Assembly: GCF_003044035.1 (NCBI RefSeq)
Contig: NZ_NVQC01000017.1
Coordinates: 180,001 to 212,000 of the forward strand
Direction: 5' to 3'
From: Candidatus Methylomirabilis limnetica
GTDB lineage: Bacteria > Methylomirabilota > Methylomirabilia > Methylomirabilales > Methylomirabilaceae
Length of the DNA stretch: 32,000 nt
Under the pieces are notes generated by a model. It was given only the letters and a program-made list of their open reading frames with translations. It ran no database searches and had not been told where the DNA came from. Numbering within the stretch: position 1 is the stretch's first letter; each line of letters opens with the position of its first letter. This document shows, piece after piece, positions 26,724 through 32,000 of the stretch. A program made the translations under genes and the position numbers.

Positions 26724-27768
26724 CGGCGGGCTCCTGAGACAATTGAAAGAGTTTTACTGCCACAGTGTCCAGGACGTCTGGCGCGCGAAAGGATGAGCCC
26801 ACCTGGCTGTATTCCCCCAGAAGCCGGTAGGCCCGCGTCACCGCCTCGAATGCGCCGTTGGCCTTCTGGCCGACCTTGCCCCCATCGGAGATAAGGTCTG
26901 GATGGCACTGCTGGACGAGCCGCCGGTAGGCCTCCTTGGCATCCTGAAGGGTGGCCTGTTCCCCCAGTTCCAAGAGCCGCCGCGCGGAGTCAATCTCCTC
27001 AAACTCGAATGACCTGACCTCAACGGTGGCAAAACTGTATGGGGGAAGTGGCCCCACGCAGCGAAAATCGATGGCGTTGTCGTATCGGTTGTTCAGCCGC
27101 TCCAGAGCCTTGCCGACTTCTCCTTCCCTGTCCCTGTCCACCAAGAAGGCGGTGTTCAGGATCATTCGATCGTCCAGAAGAGCATGAGGGCAGAGGCCGT
27201 GGGCCAAGGGCTTGAGGGCTAGGGCGATCTCAGCGCCCAGGGCCTCCCGTCGCTGATCCAGCCGGACCTTGACCATCTGACCGACTCTGATCCGTTCTTC
27301 CGTGGTCTCCTGCGGGGACCGGTCCGCGATTGCGGCCCTGTTCTGCCTGATCTCCGGCTCTTCGCCGATCTGCCGTAACACCGAAATGAGGTCGCGCCAC
27401 TGGGCCACCAGGTTGAGCTCAATCTTCCCCTCCATAGCCTCCAGGGCGGCCGTAAGCTGGGGGTAGCCTGACTCCAGGATCTTCCGCACCCGGGCCTCAT
27501 CCCGAGCCATAGTCCCGAACTTCACGGGTACCACTGTCTGGCGCTTCATGACCTGCTCGAGGACGACCTGATGGGTGAAGAGGTATGGGATGACCTCCTC
27601 CTTCTTCATGGACTTGTAGGCCCGGATAGGAGTGAGGCTGACGAGAGCTGTCAGACCGCGATGGCAGACGTCTGAGACCTGACGCCCATCGAGGCCGATC
27701 AGGCCGGAGTCTACCTGCACGCCATTCCCGAGAACACAGTAGAGGTGGAGGGCTTCCATAATTATCAT
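26716..27768 (-). CDS. GvpL/GvpF-family protein fused to a C-terminal DnaJ J-domain
   Basis: The N-terminal ~270 aa is GvpL/F-like (LHLYCVL...LTALVS...THQVVLEQVM...VVPVKFGTM...CVGPLPPYSF). The C-terminus is RRLLELGEQATLQDAKEAYRRLVQQCHPDLISDGGKVGQKANGAFEAVTRAYRLLGEY, with J-domain helices I-III and an HPD tripeptide (codons 26896-26904, checked on the sequence as CAT CCA GAC). ATG 27768 forms an ATGA overlap with the upstream stop. Confidence 0.85.
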   Translation of the reverse strand: MIIMEALHLYCVLGNGVQVDSGLIGLDGRQVSDVCHRGLTALVSLTPIRAYKSMKKEEVIPYLFTHQVVLEQVMKRQTVVPVKFGTMARDEARVRKILESGYPQLTAALEAMEGKIELNLVAQWRDLISVLRQIGEEPEIRQNRAAIADRSPQETTEERIRVGQMVKVRLDQRREALGAEIALALKPLAHGLCPHALLDDRMILNTAFLVDRDREGEVGKALERLNNRYDNAIDFRCVGPLPPYSFATVEVRSFEFEEIDSARRLLELGEQATLQDAKEAYRRLVQQCHPDLISDGGKVGQKANGAFEAVTRAYRLLGEYSQVGSSFRAPDVLDTVAVKLFQLSQEPAGA

Positions 27769-28166
27769 CCCTTCGCTTGGACGAGTGCCTGGACAACGCC
27801 CTTGCCGCGGCACGCCAGGCAGGGGAGCTTGCTGTTGGCCTCAATCCCGCTGCCCCGGCACTGGCGGCATTCGGTGAAGGGCTCTTTGACGGGGACGACC
27901 CCTTTGCCCCGACAGACAATGCAAGTAATGTTGGTCTGGGGATTGGCCTCACCCCTTCCACCGCAATAGGCGCAGATGATAGCCGGTGGGTCAACTTCCA
28001 CACTGCCTGCACCCCGGCAGACGGGGCATTGGATCCCCTTCGAGCGGGGGAGGACTCCGGTCCCGCGACAGAAGGCGCAGGAGAAGATCCTCCCCGGGAC
28101 GACCTCTCGCCCCCTCTTTGCGGCCGTCCCCCTCCGCCAGGAGCCCCACTCCATCAGCTTCATCAT
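27765..28166 (-). CDS. Stand-alone DnaJ-type cysteine-rich zinc-finger protein, six CxxCxGxG repeats (paralog B)
   Basis: CAFCRGTG, CPVCRGAG, CAYCGGRG, CIVCRGKG, CRQCRGSG, CLACRGKG. 133 aa, with no J-domain and no substrate-binding C-terminal domain. Confidence 0.8.
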   Translation of the reverse strand: MMKLMEWGSWRRGTAAKRGREVVPGRIFSCAFCRGTGVLPRSKGIQCPVCRGAGSVEVDPPAIICAYCGGRGEANPQTNITCIVCRGKGVVPVKEPFTECRQCRGSGIEANSKLPCLACRGKGVVQALVQAKG

Positions 28167-28195
28167 GATACCCTATCCCCTCCCCAGTGATCTCA

Positions 28196-28516
28196 TCAGT
28201 AGTTCATGGAGAACGTTTTCCACTTCTTCGCGGGGGCGTTCCGCGCTGTTGCCGTTTCCCCTGCATTGCTGGGGCGTTCTGACTGAGCCGGCCGCTCCAG
28301 GTCCTCCATCTGCCGATGGATATCAGAGAGACGCTTCTGGATTCCCTGGCTGCGCTTGGCCAGGAGGGCCGCCTCCTTGTCGAGCCGCCCCTTCTCCACC
28401 CGCAGCATGTAGAGCTCGAGGTAGGTGGACCCCTGCCTCCGGGGTATGGCGCGCTGGCCGGTGGTGTGCAGGCTCCGGATGTCCCGGAGCCCAGTGACGT
28501 CCGTGACCCCTCTCAT
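28196..28516 (-). CDS. Coiled-coil gas-vesicle accessory protein, possibly GvpV-like
   Basis: 106 aa. STYLELYMLRVEKGRLDKEAALLAKRSQGIQKRLSDIHRQMEDLE. The position shortly after gvpN and the coiled-coil character recall GvpV of cyanobacterial and Serratia clusters, but that assignment is from memory only. Confidence 0.4.
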   Translation of the reverse strand: MRGVTDVTGLRDIRSLHTTGQRAIPRRQGSTYLELYMLRVEKGRLDKEAALLAKRSQGIQKRLSDIHRQMEDLERPAQSERPSNAGETATARNAPAKKWKTFSMNY

Positions 28517-28529
28517 GGCTGCCTCCCGA

Positions 28530-28697
28530 TCACCGGGCGCTCTCGCGCGCGGAGAGTAGAAGCTGCTTCTTCTTGCTGGCCCCCACCACCTTCAACTCCA
28601 CCAGTTGGCCGGCCTTGAGCCCCACTTCCAGCCGGATGTTGTTGGGGATGGAGAGCTTCCCATCGGCGTCTACCTTTGCAAAGGCTCGCATCAGCAT
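28530..28697 (-). CDS. AbrB/SpoVT/MazE-fold small protein (55 aa), not in the ORF track
   Basis: My translation is MLMRAFAKVDADGKLSIPNNIRLEVGLKAGQLVELKVVGASKKKQLLLSARESAR. A GGAGG RBS lies 8 nt upstream (28706-28710). It sits 15 nt after the gvpN stop, and its own stop is 13 nt before the next ATG. The pattern AKVDxxGKLxIPxxIRxxxGLKxGxxVEL is the SpoVT-AbrB swapped-hairpin motif. Confidence 0.65.
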   Translation of the reverse strand: MLMRAFAKVDADGKLSIPNNIRLEVGLKAGQLVELKVVGASKKKQLLLSARESAR

Positions 28698-28712
28698 CAG
28701 AGCCACCTCCCC

Positions 28713-29633
28713 TCAGCAGTATTGTTTGACGATCTTCTTCACCAGCTCCCTGACCTTGGCCTGATTGCTCTTGCTCCCCACCCGACTCGTCTCCGAGGCC
28801 AGAATGTCCTGGCAGACCTGCCGGAAGACTCCACTGGACCCCTTGACGTGGCCATTGAGCACCGTGAGGGATCTGGCGATCATGATCGCGCCGCGGACGG
28901 TGGGAGAGAATTCACACGCTCCCGACTCCCGGAGGGCCCGGACGACCTTGACGATCTTCTCCGCCTCCTTCCGGGGGAGACCGGACTTAGCCTGGGTGAT
29001 GGCGGCCTCCGTTTCCTCATCGAAGTGGTCCAAGTCCATGGTGATCATTCGGTCGCGGAGGGCATCCTGGCTCCGGTGGACGCCGGCGTACTCCTCGGGG
29101 TTCGAGGTGAAGATCGCCGTGAAGTTCGGATCGACCCTCAAGTAGGTCTCCTCCCCCCCACGACGGATGGGGAGGTCCAGCATCCGCTCCTGGAGAATGG
29201 CGAGAAAGATGTTGTTGGCCTCGGGCCGGGAGCGGGTGAACTCGTCGTAGATGAGGGTGAAGCCGTACTTGCAGGCAATGGTGAGGCGGTTATCGACCCA
29301 CCGCTTGACCATGTCTTCCTCGACCTTCAGGACCCGGGAAACGAAGCGGTCAATGACCTTCCTCAGGTGATAGCCGTACTCTCCTCCCACCAGGTCCGAG
29401 GTGGTGTACTCTTCGTCGCCGTGGATTAGCACGACAGGACGTTCGAGCTTCGAGGCCACATGGAGGGCCAGGGTGGTCTTGCCCGTGCCGGAGGCCCCCC
29501 GGAAGTGAATCGGGAAGCCCGCCTTGATATAGCCCATGGCCCGTTCGGTGAGGTCTTTGACATGCTTTGTTTCCACAAAATCCGGCAACGGGGCAGGCTC
29601 GATGACCGTGCTGAGTTCCTCTATACCTCTCAT
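28713..29633 (-). CDS. gvpN: Gas vesicle AAA+ ATPase GvpN
   Basis: FVETKHVKDLTERAMGYIKAGFPIHFRGASGTGKTTLALHVA...VLIHGDEEYTTSDLVGG...LIYDEFTRSRPEANN is the canonical GvpN sequence. Confidence 0.9.
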   Translation of the reverse strand: MRGIEELSTVIEPAPLPDFVETKHVKDLTERAMGYIKAGFPIHFRGASGTGKTTLALHVASKLERPVVLIHGDEEYTTSDLVGGEYGYHLRKVIDRFVSRVLKVEEDMVKRWVDNRLTIACKYGFTLIYDEFTRSRPEANNIFLAILQERMLDLPIRRGGEETYLRVDPNFTAIFTSNPEEYAGVHRSQDALRDRMITMDLDHFDEETEAAITQAKSGLPRKEAEKIVKVVRALRESGACEFSPTVRGAIMIARSLTVLNGHVKGSSGVFRQVCQDILASETSRVGSKSNQAKVRELVKKIVKQYC

Positions 29634-29642
29634 GGATACCTC

Positions 29643-29981
29643 CTATACAGGGAGCGCAGGACGGCGGGGGATCGCGCCTCTCCCACGGCAGTGAGTGCAT
29701 GGAAGGCCATTCCCAGCGGTGCGCCCGCTTCCCCGGCAGTCAGGGCACGCTTCTCCGGGTCCCCCGAATCGCACGACTCCCTTTCCCCCGCAGACCTGGC
29801 ACGTGACCCTCATGCCATAGGGCTGGATCCCGCTCCCGCGACAGTAGACGCACATCCCATTGGGCTCCTCGACCATGACCGTACCTTTTCCCCCGCAGAC
29901 CTGGCACCTGGACAGGCGCGAGAGGCAGTTAAAGGGGTCGGACCCCTTCCCCTGGCAGAAGGCGCACCGGATTGCCGTCAT
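29643..29981 (-). CDS. Stand-alone DnaJ-type cysteine-rich zinc-finger protein, six CxxCxGxG repeats (paralog A)
   Basis: CAFCQGKG, CQVCGGKG, CVYCRGSG, CQVCGGKG, CPDCRGSG, CTHCRGRG. 112 aa. The repeat spacing is the same as in the 27765-28166 protein. Confidence 0.8.
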   Translation of the reverse strand: MTAIRCAFCQGKGSDPFNCLSRLSRCQVCGGKGTVMVEEPNGMCVYCRGSGIQPYGMRVTCQVCGGKGVVRFGGPGEACPDCRGSGRTAGNGLPCTHCRGRGAIPRRPALPV

Positions 29982-30543
29982 CTCTTCCCCCGTTTACTCT
30001 CCCGGCGCAGCACCGGGATTGAATGGCTCTGAGGGTGGCCTTGAACTCTTTGACCCTGACGGGGCCACCGTTGGACAGAAGCCCCTGCAAGGCCCGGGTT
30101 AGCTCCTCCTGCTCGCCTTGGAACTCGGCCAGGAGGGTCTTGACTTCCCGCTCCCGCTCTTCACGCCTGGCCGTGATCTCTTCCAGCAGTTCCTTGAGAC
30201 CGCCGACCCGTTGCGCTTCACCCCTGGCCAGGGCTTCCCGCAGGGTGGCGGCCAGTGTCCTCTGTTCATGGAGGTAGTGCTTCATCGTCCCCCTGACCGC
30301 TTCCTCCCGCTCCCGTTGGTGGGCGAGGACCCCCTCCATCATGGCATCGAAGTCCCGCCTCCGGAGGGAGGCGGCCCTGGCTAGGGCCTCCTTGAGCTGG
30401 GCCCGCATCTCTTCTCGCTGGCTTCGAAACGTTCCCAGCATCTCGTGGGTGGACTCGACGATCTGCTCCACCGACGAGACCCTGGCCTCGTAGGAGGCGA
30501 TGACCTCCCGGGCCAGGAGCGCCATCTCCTCCCCCCTTCCCAT
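29929..30543 (-). CDS. Arg/Glu-rich coiled-coil protein (paralog 2); candidate gas-vesicle shell-associated protein; start uncertain (30543 or 30525)
   Basis: MALLAREVIASYEARVSSVEQIVESTHEMLGTFRSQREEMRAQLKEALARAASLRRRDFDAMM..., with repeated R/E heptad-like segments. The 3' end overlaps the next gene by 52 nt. Confidence 0.55.
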   Translation of the reverse strand: MGRGEEMALLAREVIASYEARVSSVEQIVESTHEMLGTFRSQREEMRAQLKEALARAASLRRRDFDAMMEGVLAHQREREEAVRGTMKHYLHEQRTLAATLREALARGEAQRVGGLKELLEEITARREEREREVKTLLAEFQGEQEELTRALQGLLSNGGPVRVKEFKATLRAIQSRCCAGRVNGGRDDGNPVRLLPGEGVRPL

Positions 30544-30586
30544 CGGGCTTACCTGAACGCTTCTCTTTCCTCTCAACTCTTCCCTC

Positions 30587-31201
30587 TCATCTGCCGCCGG
30601 CGCGCTTCCCCGCCATCGTGGCGGTCATATTCCGCCAATGACCAGCCATGGCCTCCTGCTCCCGGCGAAAGCCAGCCAGCATGCCTCCGACCTCCTGGGC
30701 CCGCTGCTCGCTCCCGCGGTAGAAGCGATTCATGAGTTCGGCGGTTTCCCCACTTCTCTCCTCCTGGCGAGCCCGAATACCCTGGTGCATCGCCCGGAAG
30801 TCTCTCAGCCGGGTAGACTCGGAAGTGCTGAGGAATCGCTTGAGGTCCGCTGCCTTCCGCCTGAGGTCGTGGCGAAACTCCTTCAGCTTTGCCGCGGTCT
30901 CATCCCTCAGCGCCGCCACCCTTGCCACTCGTGTGTCGAACGAATTGACGATCTCCTGGGCCAGATCCCGCATATCCTCGGCCAGTGTCATTGTGCCGAC
31001 CCTCCCTTCTTGCGTCATCCCCTCCTGGGGGAAGAAGTGAACCCTTTCAGGAGCTCTCTTTCCTTTTTTCTTCGATCCCATGTTCCCCTCCCAGGGCGTT
31101 AACACGCCCCACGTGTCCTCAGGTTGGACTAGAGGGAGATCCTGGCGAGGCATACTCTCTGCGGTTGTCCGCTCAAGGATGCCCCGGCAGACACCCCTCA
31201 C
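30587..31201 (-). CDS. Arg/Glu-rich coiled-coil protein (paralog 1); the true start is probably ATG 30991 (134 aa)
   Basis: The core MTLAEDMRDLAQEIVNSFDTRVARVAALRDETAAKLKEFRHDLRRKAADLKRFL...RDFRAMHQGIRARQEER aligns by eye with the N-terminus of the 29929-30543 protein. ATG 30991 has a GGGAGGG RBS 8 nt upstream. The track start at 31201 is a GTG, and the stretch from 30992 to 31201 has no convincing coding features. Confidence 0.55.
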   Translation of the reverse strand: MRGVCRGILERTTAESMPRQDLPLVQPEDTWGVLTPWEGNMGSKKKGKRAPERVHFFPQEGMTQEGRVGTMTLAEDMRDLAQEIVNSFDTRVARVAALRDETAAKLKEFRHDLRRKAADLKRFLSTSESTRLRDFRAMHQGIRARQEERSGETAELMNRFYRGSEQRAQEVGGMLAGFRREQEAMAGHWRNMTATMAGKRAGGR

Positions 31202-31217
31202 TGGTTCCAGGCCGACC

Positions 31218-31433
31218 TTACGCCGGTGCCGCCGCTGTAGCGGTCAGGCCGATGGCCTCAGCATACTTCAGGTACGTCTCGACGGAGGCCACCACCACCC
31301 GGGCCTCGATAGCCAGGAGCTCGATCCCAACCAGGGAGACGCGCACCCAGGCATCGATGACCACACCCTTGTCCAGGATCCGATCGATCACCTCAACCAG
31401 ACTTGACGACGCGATTGCCTTCTCCACTGCCAT
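31218..31433 (-). CDS. gvpA: Major gas vesicle structural protein GvpA
   Basis: [63 protein letters not shown] is near-identical in pattern to cyanobacterial GvpA. The ATG is at 31433 with an AAGGAGGTG RBS 7 nt upstream. The track's TTG at 31439 is rejected. Confidence 0.95.
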   Translation of the reverse strand: MAVEKAIASSSLVEVIDRILDKGVVIDAWVRVSLVGIELLAIEARVVVASVETYLKYAEAIGLTATAAAPA

Positions 31434-31461
31434 TGTCAATCACCTCCTTTCGGTTTTTCCC

Positions 31462-31489
31462 CTTGCCACCGTTCACCGGCTCTGGCAAA
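31462..31489. promoter_or_regulatory. Palindrome TTGCCA-N14-TGGCAA in the 61-nt gap between the response regulator and gvpA
   Basis: TTGCCA at 31463-31468 and TGGCAA at 31483-31488. The only intergenic gap directly upstream of gvpA contains this dyad. It may be a regulator site or an RNA hairpin. Confidence 0.3.
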
Positions 31490-31494
31490 GGGCT

Positions 31495-31869
31495 CTATAC
31501 GCCCTCCCTGATGGCACGCTTCAGGAGGGTCGTGACGTGATGGAGTTCAAAGGGCTTGCTGATGAAGCCCTGGAAATCGCCTCTCCTTATCCCCTCCACG
31601 ATTGGCTGATCCTCCTCGTAGTGGTAACCCGAGATCATCAGGATTGGCAGCCGGGGAACAAGCCGCCGGATGACGTGAGAGACCTCGATACCGCTCATGC
31701 CGGGGAGTTTCACGTCGATGATGGCAGCGTCAAACCTCCGCCCTTGCACCTGACGCATCGCATCCTCCCCACGGTAGACGTGGGTAATGTGGACCCCCTC
31801 GTCCTTCAGGCCTATCTGTAGGGCCCAACAAATGTCCTTTTCGTCATCCACGACGAGGACCTCAAGCAT
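31495..31869 (-). CDS. Receiver-only response regulator
   Basis: 124 aa. [30 protein letters not shown] and FISKPF, with no output domain. Its ATG overlaps the end of the upstream kinase gene (ATGCTTGA). Confidence 0.85.
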   Translation of the reverse strand: MLEVLVVDDEKDICWALQIGLKDEGVHITHVYRGEDAMRQVQGRRFDAAIIDVKLPGMSGIEVSHVIRRLVPRLPILMISGYHYEEDQPIVEGIRRGDFQGFISKPFELHHVTTLLKRAIREGV

Positions 31870-32000
31870 CTGAACCCTCCGCAGGCAGGATGACAGTGAA
31901 CGTCGAGCCCTTCCCTACCTCGCTCTCGACTCGGATCGTTCCCCCATGCTGGTGAACGAGGCTGTAGGCGATAGAGAGACCCAGCCCCGTCCCTTGCCCC
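31862..32000 (-). CDS. Sensor histidine kinase, C-terminal fragment (5' part lies outside the window)
   Basis: My minus-strand translation is [45 protein letters not shown]-stop. It shows the HATPase_c G2 box and C-terminus. It is not in the ORF track because it is edge-truncated. Confidence 0.8.
   Translation of the reverse strand, partial: GQGTGLGLSIAYSLVHQHGGTIRVESEVGKGSTFTVILPAEGSDA

Overview
High-GC (about 60%) bacterial chromosomal segment. It is probably from a diderm, because a beta-barrel porin, a lipobox lipoprotein and Tat/Sec signals are present. The ORF track omits edge-truncated ORFs and ORFs under 60 aa, and it calls TTG/GTG starts, so several N-termini are over-extended. Layout, left to right: (1) a minus-strand copper operon, csoR - FAD oxidoreductase - copA, whose 3' end runs off the window. 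copA carries two different palindromic repeat elements inserted in frame. (2) An alpha/beta hydrolase and a GNAT acetyltransferase. (3) A BrnT/BrnA toxin-antitoxin pair. (4) fur plus an Fe(III)-type ABC importer (binding protein, fused permease, ATPase) with Fur-box-like sites. (5) An ApbE flavin-transferase cluster with a coiled-coil porin, an FMN-binding protein carrying a flavinylation motif, a His-rich 4-TM protein and a lipoprotein two-domain ceruloplasmin-like multicopper oxidase. (6) A SAM methyltransferase. (7) A tightly packed minus-strand gas-vesicle (gvp) cluster of about 13.7 kb and about 24 genes (31433 down to 17693), preceded by a receiver-only response regulator and a partial histidine kinase. 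A MITE-like element family occurs three to four times in the accessory part. It has 42-bp terminal inverted repeats containing CTGAAGG heptamer arrays and carries remnants of a four-helix-bundle (23S rRNA IVS-type) protein gene. Two copies have clean 8-bp target duplications, one copy is nested in another, and one sits inside the ABC operon. The most interesting signal is the gvp cluster. Besides gvpA/J/K/G/N and five GvpL/F paralogs, it encodes what looks like a dedicated proteostasis module: a GvpL/F protein fused to a DnaJ J-domain (HPD present), two stand-alone 6x CxxCxGxG DnaJ-type zinc-finger proteins, an Hsp20, a Get3/ArsA-like ATPase translationally coupled to a Cdc48/VCP-type double AAA+ unfoldase, a double zinc ribbon, an unlisted 55-aa AbrB-like ORF, a CheY-like receiver and several unassignable proteins. 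No rRNA, tRNA or CRISPR array was seen.
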